From NCBI RefSeq assembly GCF_964355755.1, contig NC_092679.1, positions 4,122,201 to 4,186,200 of the forward strand: a DNA stretch of 64,000 nt, read 5' to 3'. The notes beneath the pieces were generated by a model. The model made no database searches, had not been told where the DNA came from, and worked only from the letters and a program-made list of their open reading frames with translations. This DNA comes from Antedon mediterranea. Lineage: Eukaryota > Animalia > Echinodermata. Below are positions 47,825 through 59,909 of this stretch, piece by piece. The position numbers and the translations under genes were made by a program. Numbering within the stretch: the stretch's first letter is position 1; every line of letters begins with the position of its first letter.

Positions 47825-50800
47825 AGGTTGAAGTCAACAGTGTCGATCGTGGTTTTCAGCACAACTTAGCAAAAGAATCAGAACTGTATATAAAATGAAT
47901 CTTAACCTCAATAACAAATCAATGTCAAGTAACTTCATCTTACACAAGAGTGAGGATTTTGCTTATAAGGGAAACGACAGTGAAATGTAATGTATTTTTT
48001 TACATTTTTGAAGTCGTATACACATTTTCATATAGTGATTGAATATTTGCAATTCCTTCTACAGTTTCCGTATCTTCCCTTACACACTTAGCATCCAAAT
48101 GATCCGCCGTTTCATATAGCTCATTGTCTTCGCATGTCTTCTCGTTAGCTATAGAAATGTTTTTTAAAGCATGGGTTACATACAAAGCTTGTATTTAGTA
48201 ACAATACTTTTTTTTTACTTTTACAGTGTTGGGATTTTTATTATTGGATTAAGCTTGCGTTGCGCCTACGTCGCTGTGTTGCGTGGGTTCAGTAGGCCTA
48301 CAATTGGGAACCAATATTTACATTTTCGAATAGGCAATGTTGTCAGTCAGAATCAGTTATTTAGTTTAAAAAAATACTTACCTCCTCTGTACGTCTTTGC
48401 TTTTCTTCGGATGATGAATATCAATAGCAGGATAAAAACAACACATCCTCCACAAACTCCTCCGACGAGATAGGGCAAATTACTGTTGTCCTTCGAAAAT
48501 ATAAAAATGCTCAGTACAATTATTTAACTTTTGGATAACTTTTTATAATACAAATTTGATCCTGTACTTCTATTAGGAATTTCTAAAGCAACAGTGCTTA
48601 TTACAAGCGACCAGCAGTTGCCAGCCAACAAAACTTCTAAAATTATTACTGTAGTAAGTTTACCTCTTTCGGTGACTCCTCTTTAGGTAGTTGTGTAATA
48701 GAGGAATCTTCAAATAAAATAAAGAAATGAATGAAGACATGGTCAAAATGTGCATTTTTGTTTTGATGCTTCGGTATAAGATGGCAATTGTGTTCGCATG
48801 TTCTATAACAAAAACAATTGCTATTTCAAACCGAATAAGACTCCACTTTATTTCCTCTGACATACAGAAACACTCCTTGTATGTTTGTCTGTTTGTGAAC
48901 AGTCTAGAGGTTGTTTTTATCCGAATCTTGCAAAACTTGGCCACAATAGTTTTTGACCCAAAATCGATGGTCAACTGCAAGGTCACAACGTACAACGCTA
49001 ATTAAAAAATATTTATTAAAATTTAACAAAGAACCGCCCTCAGCAGGATTTGAATCAGGGTTTTTAACCATGAAAAGCTAGAGCATACCTATTACACCAA
49101 ACTCACAGAATAGTTGTTATTGTTTCCTTATAGCACAGCCATGAAAGAGGTATTCGTACTCCCACTCCCTATGAAATGTTATAGATTACAGTATAGGCAT
49201 TTGTATTGTTTGGATCAGTGGACATCAGAGGAAAGTATTCTGCATCAAGCGTAATTATAAAAAAAAAGGCTAAACTTTAGTCTTATTACCAGAGAAAGAG
49301 TAGAACGGGAAAAAAGGAAACTGTATCTTAAATTTAAAAAGATTGGAAATTCTTGTTATTAGACTGCTGTGGTTAGTAAGAAAAGCCTGTAACACTTACC
49401 AATACATTTTGGAAAAGTGCTCTTCCAAATGCCAGACAGCAGACATTTTGTAACAATATTTTCTTCCAGGAAATATCCGGAATCACAACCAAAGCTACAT
49501 TCACTTCCTACTTGATTCCCGCATGGAGAAAGAATGTATCCGTTGAGGGGCGATGGAATTTCAGCACAGAGAATCTCTGTAAGATTATAAAAGCAAGTAT
49601 AAAAGCTGTTTATTGCCCATTGTGGTAATTTGTGGAAAGATACTATCTATATGACTTTTTTATTTAAAGCCAAAGCCGACTGGAAGTTGGGGTGTACAGA
49701 TATTCAGGATATCTTGTCAATACATATACTAAGGAGATTATCGTTTATTTTTCAGAATTTAAGAATCAATAATTCAATGTCTTATGACAAACCTTCGCAG
49801 CGTGTTGTACTACCACTCCACACACCGTTTGGTAAACATTCTCGCAAGTCGGAACCTATTAAACGATAGTTCCATTCACACGAAAAGGTGAACGTTTCTC
49901 CTGTTGTAAATCCGCTACATGTTCGATTTCCATAAAAAGGTACACCGATTTCAACGCAAGGGTTAGCTGTTGAAAAACATTATGATTGGAATTGAATAAA
50001 AATTGATCATTTTTTGTATAAGGTAACGTAGTAATATTTCTAAATTTGTTATGCCTTTTACGTAAAGTATGCCTGTACATCAAATTAGTGAAGAGCCTTT
50101 GATATATCTTACAATTATTTATTTAATTATTATGGTTACAATAAAAAGTGAAAAGGAAAAGTTTAAGCAACAAATTTACTAGTTACCCGTGCAGTTTTTA
50201 TTATCAGGATCAAGTGTCCATCCATCTTTGCAATCGCAGCTGAAGCTACCGATTGAGTTGGAACAGATTTGCCCACATCCGTCTATACCAACGCTACATT
50301 CATTAATATCTGGTAAACATAAATAAAGAGAAAATAAAATTATTGTTATTAGACTATTTTGAAAGGAAATGGAGATATTATTTAATTTGAAAGCAGAAAT
50401 TGTGTGTTACTGATGCAAAAAATGTTATTACTTGTTGCAAGAGAACCAGTAACCCTCAATAGTATCTGTGAAATTGTCTGTGATTTTAGTTCTTACCTTC
50501 ACAGTTGTATGAATCGTAGGCTTCATATCCTGTGTGACAAAGGCACTCAAAACTACCTTGTGAATTTGTACAAAAGTGACAGCTTGCGAAAGAGCATTCA
50601 TTGATATCTGAAGAAAAAAACAATTATTAGAATATAATTTTGTGTGTGTTGTTGAACCAATACCAATACGTTCTTTAATTTTCATAAAATGTGTTCTTTG
50701 TTTTCCTTTTCTCTTTGCTTTCTTCCTACGATATGTAATAGACGCTTTTAATTTTGTTATTTAGTTCTAATTTGAAGTTTTACTTCATGTGTTTTATACC

Positions 50801-51922
50801 TGTGCAGTTAGTTGTCCCAGAATATCCATCTGAACAATAACATCTAAAGCTTCCAGGAAGGTTTTCACAAAAATGTTCGCACCCGGCATTGTAGAGTTCG
50901 CATTCATCCACATCTATTTAAAATAAGGAAGTATACTTAAATGTAAATAATATAATTTCGTAATGAAAGTTTAATCAAATATCTGTGTAATGCACTGTTT
51001 TTATTGCAAGACAACATTTATGAACATGTTAATGTATTCCATTCACAATACACGAACATTTCACAGAAAACAAACTGTTTTACTTTGTTTATAAACAATG
51101 CTTTTAAGGACAGTTCGGACATTAACTTATGTACTGAATCCGTTATTTCATATATTAAATTCTGCCAGGACATATGTGATAAAGACGTAGTTAAGATATA
51201 TCCAAATCAAAACCCATGGTTTAATAAGTCTATTAAGGATCTGATACGAAATAGAGATAGGGCTTTCAGATCAAATGATAAGGATCTATTTAGGAAATCA
51301 AAATACGAGTTAAGAAAGGGAATAAATAAAGCCAAGAGAGAATATAAAAACGGGTTAGAGGAAGATATATCTTCCGGCGATTCCAGAGAGATATGGAAAA
51401 GCTTAAATAAAATAACAAACTACAAACCAAAATCTGATAAAATTAACTCAAATGATGACCTACCCCAACGACTGAATGATTTCTTCAGTCGTTTTGACAC
51501 TTCCCCTCTCCATCAAGACACTAATTATGAAAATGGTAATGATGTCCCGTTAGTTGTTCTTGAAGAGGATACTTGTAATGAGTTTAGTAGATGTAAGTCA
51601 AATAAATCAGCTGGTCCAGAAGGTATATCCCCTATGCTTGTTAAACATTGTTGCAAACAGATTGCCCATATTTTTAAATACATTTTCAATTTCTCTCTTA
51701 TATCTCAAATTATTCCGCGATGTTTTAAAGATTCTATAATAATTCCGATTCCGAAATGTTCCCCAATCGAAACCCTGAATGATTACCGACCTATAACATT
51801 AACGTCCGTTCTGATGAAATGCTTTGAACATATAGTCCTTATAATTACCTGAAGGCCAAGTGTCCAATATCAGTTCGCCTATAGACCAAACCGGTCTACT
51901 GAAGATGCTGTATCGATCACTT

Positions 51923-52237
51923 GCGTGTGGCGCAGTGTGTTGGACGTTGGACTACCGATCGTCAGACCTAGGTTCGAATCCAACTCTCGCCGCATTGCTT
52001 GTATCCGTAGGCAAGATACTTTATTTACGTTGCCTCTCTCCACCCAGGTGTATAAATGGGTACCCAGTTAGATCTAGACACAACTTTGCGCTGGTTACCG
52101 GCTGCATTATGGGAGTATGTTTCCATACGTGTTTGATCCCAAAAAATACTGGGGTAATAATCCTTGTAAAGCGCCTTTGAGCATGATTACTCATGAAAAG
52201 GGCGCTATATAAATGTGGTATTATTATTATTATTATT
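51923..52237 (+). mobile_element. tRNA-derived SINE with conserved core and L2-type tail
   Basis: A box tggcgcagtgtg, B box ggttcgaatcc, core cctctctccacccaggtgtataaatgggtacc, ggcgctatataaat plus (tat)n tail; 7-bp TSD atcactt at 51916-51922 and 52238-52244. Confidence 0.9.
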
Positions 52238-52441
52238 ATCACTTTGCATAGGATCTTAGAGCATCTCGAACGTGATAAAAGATATGCTAGGATTTTATAT
52301 ATAGATTTTAGTTCAGCATTTAATACGATTGTACCGTATAAGTTACACACTAAGATGGTTGAAATCGGTTTCGATATTTCTATATGTAACTGGGTGTTAA
52401 ACTTTTTAACTGATCGACCCCAACGTACTAAAGTGGGCACC

Positions 52442-53249
52442 TGTTGAACCCACAAATGTGAAAACGCATCACCCACAAATGTAATAAAACAGCGCCCACA
52501 AATGTGAAAACGACCATCGCCCACAAATGTAAAAAAAAAATCAAATCAAATTTAGTGCTAGACTCAAACAAGTTTGATCAAGTTAATACATTATAATAAT
52601 CATGTGTATTGAGTTGTTTCAATAATTGTGTGTTCACGATACGTCTGTTAGGGTCGTCATTAACGCGTTGGAATATTACCATGTTCGATGTTTTTTGCAT
52701 CGACTTGGAACTATACGTACATACTAGTAAGTCAACCAGTTAACAACTACACAACTACAAGCAACAATGATATAACATGGCCTTGATCTGGAAGGAAGTA
52801 TCGTGCATTCGCGCAGCAAATATCGTCTTGAACTATACCACCAACGAGTTAACATGCAAATATCGCGCGCACGAGCAGTAAATTGTAATAATCCAACGCG
52901 TTAACGACGACCCTAACAGACGTATTGTGAACACACAATTATTGAAACAACTCAATACAATGTATATACATTAACATTAACTCGATCAAAATTGTTTGGG
53001 TCTAGCACTAAATTTGATTTGGATTCTTTTTTACATTAATTTGTGGGCGACAAGATCTCTCTTTTTTTCACATTTGTGGGCGCTGTTTTCACATTTGTGG
53101 GTGATGCGTTTTTACAATTGTGGTTGTTTTCACATTTGTGGGTGATGCGTTTTCACATTTGTGGTTGTTTTCACATTTGTGGGTGATACGTTTTCACATT
53201 TGTGGTTGTTTTCACATTTGTGGGCGTTTTCACAGTTGTGGGTTCAACA
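52442..53249. mobile_element. 808-bp foldback DNA transposon with subterminal repeats
   Basis: Termini tgttgaacccaca...tgtgggttcaaca; TSD gcacc (or cac with CTGT..ACAG ends); arrays of ccacaaatgtgaaaa in opposite orientation; inner ~130-bp inverted arms; empty site at 34031-34040. Confidence 0.9.
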
Positions 53250-56200
53250 GCACCATTATATCGGATAAGCGTATTATAAATACAGGTGTACCACAGGGCT
53301 GTGTACTGTCGGCCTTTCTTTTTACTTTATTTACCTATGACTGTGTTACCTACTACAGTAACTGTCATATCGCTAAATTCGCGGATGATACTACCATTGT
53401 AGGTCTAATCAATGATGACAGTGATGAGTCTAATTATCGCAACCAAGTTAAACGAGTTGTGGACTGGTGTAACGAAAACAATCTGTTCTTGAATGTATCT
53501 AAGACCAAAGAAATGGTTGTAGACTTCCGTAAATCATATATCCAATATTTATTAATGGTATATCAGTTGAGTTTGTAGAAGAATTTAAATTCTTGGGATT
53601 TTTTTTTTCAAATTATCTGAAGTGGCATATTAACACACGTAACATTATTAGAAAGGCCCAAAGAAGAATCTACTTCCTACGTAGACTTAGATCATTTGGT
53701 ATAAACTCTGAAATAATGTCGTCCTTCTATAGGTCAGTTATAGAGAGTGTCATAACGTATTCTTTAACGGTATGGTTCGTTAGCGCTACCGCAAATCAAA
53801 AGCGTGACCTAAATAGATTAGTCAAGACCGCATCGCGTATAATTGGATCTGCACAATTGCCTTTGGAGAACATATTTTCGGATCGTCGGACCAAAGATGA
53901 TCAATTTCATCCGGCCTCTAGTATGTTCCAGTTGATGCGCAGCGGTCGGCGATTTCGTTCTATTAAAGCCAATAAGGCACGATTTACAAATAGTTTCTTT
54001 CCAGGAGCTATTAGAGCCTTAAACATATTATGTAGACACTTTTTTTGTAATTTTTTTGTTTTTGAGTTCGTGTTGTGTTCGTGGATATTGTGCACAGAGC
54101 AAACAGAATGTCTATGTTTTTTCTTAAAACAAATGATAATAAATGATACTTGACTTGACTTGACTTGAAACTAAATCAAAATGAATAGTTTTTTAGTTCT
54201 ATTTACCATTTTGACATCTACTTCCATCATATCCTTCGGGGCAGACGCAGTTGTTAGGTCCTGTACACTGGCCGTTGTTCTGGCACTGAGGCTGACAAAC
54301 GGCTGTAAAAAAATGGTTTTACGTAGTTTACAGGAACCGTAAAAAAGAGGGAAAATCCAGACAACGTGATTGTTAGAGTAAGTGCGATTAATATTAACGC
54401 TCCACATAACTATACCAGGAAAACACCAGTGCTGATGCTATTGAGACCAATCGTAACGATAACGGTAAATTCGGACTTAACAATTTCGGATATAAATCTA
54501 TGTTACTATCAAACTAGTTTTACAAAACAGTGTGATGTGCCCAAATATGGTAGTAATATTACATCATCGTATGGGCACATCACATTGTGTGTAAACAGAG
54601 CTTTAAAATATCATATATGTAAAAACATTTATAATGGTACCATGTATCATGATACATTTTTTGTAGCAAAATATCGTGTGCCATTATAACAAAATTAGTA
54701 TCTTACGCAGGCATTCAGTAAGCATTGAGAGTTCATATCCAGGGAGGCAACTGCATTCAAATCCACCGTAGTTGTTAGTACATATATGAGCACATCCATC
54801 AGTGTTCTCCCAACATTCATCACCTAAATAACAAATTATGGCATCATAACTAATTTCTTCTTTTAATTAGTCATCAATAATAAGATGGACCTTTTAACAA
54901 ATTGCAATGTGAAAAAGGTATAACGTTTGTTTAAACGTAAGATTTCGTACGTAACGCAACGTAAGTAGTTTGACCAATCGCAAGCGATAGATTATTCGAA
55001 CAATCGTGTGTGATTGGTCAACTTAATTGCTTTGCGTCTCTAGTGGAAACACAGCTTTAACAACAAAAAGAGACACTATACCCAAATGCCATTTCGTCAA
55101 TACTTACGATCGTCACAAGCATCTCCAACGTAGAAGTCTTCACACTCACAATAATCTGGAGCCGTGCACTCTCCATTATCACATGGTGGAGTACAAGTAA
55201 CTAGAATTATGAGTTACATTGTTAAAATCGAAAATCGATTTATGAACAATAATTTATTTGTTTCCACTGCAAACTTTGGAAAACTTCGAATTTGCTCGAG
55301 TTTGGAAACAATAGTTTGCCAGTTTTAATTCACGGGAAAACATGTTGTTGACAGGGCCTATTTTAAAGTTGTAATTTGTAGAATAGATTGAAAATGAAAT
55401 ATTTTTCAAATTTCCATTCACTCATGATAATTATTATTCTAGTTTACTACGCACCTTCACAGTCACTCCCATTTGCTTTCAACACATATCCCGTGTTGCA
55501 TTCACAATAGTAACTTCCAGCTGTGTTCCTACAATGGTGTTCACATCCACCGTTGTTACCCGCACATTCATTGATATCTTAACAAATTAAATAGTTTTTA
55601 TATTATCAATGTAAGCACTAATATAATACTAGTTACAAAACATGCATCCCATAAATTGATAGATTATTATTAACCAGCACTTGGAAGTAAAGAACATTAG
55701 AAAACTCAATTTCTGAATAACTGACCTGTTTCTGGTGTGTTATAAGTGTCACAGTATCTTTCTAATGTTTATTTTAAATGGTTTGATTAGAATATTTAGT
55801 ATTCTTTTAAACTCATACTATTGATTTGTTACGATTAATGAACGACAATTTTGTATCATCTAAATGTTCTTGGTCATCATAATTATATATTGTTTCGTTA
55901 TTACTAAGTGGTTATATTCAATAATCTACATAGACAATTAATGAATCTGACTTGCTCTAACCACCTTAATAACGACACTGGTACACTCTTTATTTGTATA
56001 TGTAACTTACCAAGACATTTTGTTCCTTGAAATCCACTGCTGCACTCACAAGTGTCAGGATCAACGCATGATCCACCAACGCCACAATCATCGGGTAGAC
56101 ATAATGCTATAATAAATATTTTGATTTAAAAAAAAGTTTCTATGGTATTAATTATTAACTGGTAAAGTCCCTTTTTTTGGAGGCTACCACTTAATGTTCA

Positions 56201-57452
56201 AACGAAAGCATTATGATTTTGGTACATTTGTTTATTTTCCTCTTATCATTACATTTTTATTACGTAATATCATTACATCATGTTGAATTCTCCATGCTTA
56301 CACAGAGCAAAATGAAATCCAGTTCGCTCTTAAAATTATTCAATCTTTTAAATGTTTTGTTCATTTCTCGGCCAATTTATATATTTATCTTACTTTCTGC
56401 CAAATTAAATTTACTTGAAAATTATATCGAGTGAATATATGAACTCACAAATTGTACAGCCTCCTAATCCATCTTCAGCCCAACCGCTACAGCAAAAGTA
56501 GTTTGTTGAGTCCACATCGTAATACTGGATTCTGTTTGCTGAAGTATATCTCCGACTTAAATAAAATCGTATTTTTAATAGATAAAAAAAATTAAAAACA
56601 AAAGAAGTAATGAATTGACAACAAAAATTAACAGTTCTAGAGTAATATACTGTAATATAAATTGTGCTAACGGGCCAAACACACCTGAGGTTGGGGGAAA
56701 CATAATTGGATCGTATTTCTTTAGAATGGCTTTAGTAAGCCTACGTCGAGAACAGATCAGTAGACCTATCATTCATAAGATGTTACTCATGCCCCATTAT
56801 GATTAGTTGTTTATTATTTACCCGTACGTTCTGCAGCGGTCCCAGTTAAATTACCTTTCCACACTACTACAAAACGTTAAGTAAATTTGCCAAAATGGAT
56901 AAATATGTTGTGTCAGCCAGTCTTGGGTTTGAATTCCATCAATATCTTCAATATATTAGATATTAGAGATTAGAGGGTGGTTCAGTTATAGGAATCATGT
57001 TGGCCATCTTAATTAATCAATCTCATACATTATTCATGATTTCTGAAAACTACAAAATCATTGAAAAAGCATGACTTCTGTGTTCTTTCGTATGATAAAA
57101 ATACGTGAACTTGATGGTTAAGTTTGTCTTCAGTTAACTCAGTCCAGCTTATGGAATTAATCTACCTCGAATTGAATAGGTCTAATCAATGTTTATTACC
57201 CCGATAGTCATTTATATGGTACTTGCAGAAACCAATGTTTATCCTAATATTTATTAGTCTGGAACTTGCACTAACCAATGTTTACCCTAATAGTCATTTA
57301 TGGGGTAGGGCTACAATGTGCATGATACTACTCGAAAAATATTGTACAATTTTATGAGTTGCTCATTCAAATGTAAAAAAAAGGTAATTATCGTAAAATT
57401 CCATTAAGTTGAAAAACTTGTTCTGATTATTTACTTGTACTTGTTTTCCCGC

Positions 57453-57483
<31 letters not shown>

Positions 57484-59909
57484 TAATTTGATAATGGACA
57501 TTTTGTAGAGGTGCTAATTGCAAATAATTTAGGTAATTTTCCCATCTAGTTTTCTCGTTCAAATTATTGTTTATTCTTTTCAAAATACTGGACTGATTAT
57601 TTCAAATTTGTATAGTCGTAAACATGACTTTACACGCCCCGTGGTTTTTGTTTGGGAACGGAATGTTAAAACGTACCTTGTTGAAATCAGCAACTGACAC
57701 CTTTTGTTCTTATTTTATGAAGCTTCTGTCAATAATCTAGATTGCCTGTTTGCCAGACTATTTCAACATTTTATTACAATTAATGTTGTTTAGATAATAG
57801 ACTGGAATTGAATCCCCCAACTGTTATAATGAGAGGTCCTATAAGCATATTATTTATACACCTACAATAACAATCAAGCAAGCTTGCCACAGTAACAGCC
57901 CTGTTTACAATGTAACTGCACAATATCATAGACATAGGCCTACATTATAAACTTTATGTAGGCCTTGGTGCTCTCAGAATGTAATTGTAATGCCTATAGT
58001 CTACACTAACAAACTTTTGTTTGCAAACTCCGATCTTGCCACTGCTTGACATTGTATTTTATTTTTGTGTATATGCACGGACGGCCAGAGAAGATCAACC
58101 ATGTGTTGATCTGGGCCTCCGTAGTTAAATAAAGTTGAATTGAATTTAGTGAGAAGGTTTTGTATACTCCGGAGACTGTGGATCTAAACAACACGCGATC
58201 ACCACAACACCAAGCCAATCCTCAATTGGACAGCCGCCAAAGGAAGACAAACTTTCTCCAAAAAGTAACAAACTCGGAATAATCAGGAAAGAGTATAATT
58301 TCACTCTTCCTTGGAATAATCATCGGCACAAAAGATTTGAATTTAAAACCAGCACAATTCTGCCGGTCACATTTACTATTTTATTAATTTCAAACATTAT
58401 TTATACAGGATAAAAACATCAGATATAGATTTTAGAACAATAAGTGAAAACATAATTTTTTTTTTTTACGTAAGTGGTTAACTTTATTAAAACTGTAAAA
58501 TTGCAAACGTCTATTTTAATGATCTTCATTTCTCATTTTTGTTTGGAGGACAAATACATCTTTAAGCCTGGTTCAGCGCAACGTATAATTTGACCAATCA
58601 CGGCGCGGTGAATTATGATCAATGTTGTTTTTCAGGTGACGTCTGTTCTGTTGTTTTGATTCTTGTTGTCGGTATTCCTTCATGTTTCTCACTAAAATTT
58701 TGTGTTGAAATATTTCTTTAAAAAAACAAAATCAAAATTTAATATAGGTTAAAAAATAAAGAAACTATACGTAGACCATAATTTTTATTATTTTGATTTC
58801 ACCCAGGATTGCTCTGCTTAACCTACTTCGTTCGTTCGTTTTTATTTCACATTGCATCACACTTGATGAATTGTTACAGATTAATTTAAAGTATTAAATA
58901 AAAGATGCAAAGCCTGGAAAAGACCATAAATTAGCTCAATATAGAGCTTTAAGTCTGGTTTCACCAGAACAAAATGAACTAATACTTGTATCAAATACAA
59001 ATAAACAATATTCTTTATATTAAATTAATTGGAATAATGCAATAACACAACACTGCAACTTTTAGCACATAGGCCTACATACCTTATATATACACGACAC
59101 ACATAAGAAACTACAGATCATTCCAAAAATGAACCCTATGGCAATACTACAGGCTACTTTCCATGCAAAGACATCTTAAGAAGAAAATTTATAATTATTA
59201 TCGATCGAAAAACGTATTGAGGTATTAAGGACAGAGTACTCAAATGGACTATTACACTATCACATTTTAAAGTCGTGCGAAAGATTAGATGGGATTGATT
59301 TTTCCATATTTTTCCTGACAGTGTGAATGTAGGGCAATTGGTTCCCGAGAAAGATTGGCCGGAGAGATGATCCTTTTAGATTAAAATGATTAGATTAAAA
59401 ATGATTATACTGTAGTACGTATAACTACGTTTAGTGTTGTTGTTTAGGAAACTTTTTTGGTAACTATACGTAGGCCTACTGTTTATTGCACTGACTGTCT
59501 CATAAACATTACAAAAAAATCATATGGTATTGCAGCAAAAAAAAGGAGTTACTGCAGCCGCTGCAGTAGAATAATTTGGACATATTTCATTATAAAATGA
59601 ATAGATGAATGAAAGCCCTCAGAAACTGATTGAAGTACAAAATATTGCCACAGAGGGCGCATGTTAAAAGAATACACATTTTCCTTTTTTGTTATTTGTG
59701 AAGTTATTAATGAACCGATTTTTTTAAAATTTCAATAAGCATGTTCTATCTACACCGACAAAGTCAGAATGATAACTTGAAAATTGTAGTAAAGCAAGTA
59801 AATTTGTATTTTGCCAAGCAATAATTGCACTGAAGACGAGGGCGCTATAGGCCTACGTTAGGGCATCAATAGGGAATTTATATTATTGTTTCTGTCTCAT
59901 GATAGTTAC

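Larger units (their letters stand above)
51097..54167 (+). mobile_element. Rex1/Babar LINE at the same site as in copy 2, with two different nested insertions
   Basis: Near-identical to 32679-34960, with the same boundaries and tail. Confidence 0.9.
48000..56850 (-). pseudogene. Receptor copy 3: 5'-deleted, internally shortened paralogue (EMI half-NIM/cbEGF x8-Sushi x2-stalk-TM-ITIM-like tail); either a pseudogene or the 3' part of a fusion gene
   Basis: Exon 2 remnant ~56850-56822, then open exons 56555-56449, 56106-56011, 55577-55455, 55200-55108, 54823-54707, 54302-54207, 50913-50800, 50607-50497, 50309-50187, 49966-49793, 49576-49400, 48707-48664, 48490-48382 (TM), 48148-48000. No signal exon; exons 14-18 are absent. 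Confidence 0.7.

Noticed and set aside
51923-51995. tRNA gene
   Set aside because: It is the head of a SINE with core, tail and TSD.
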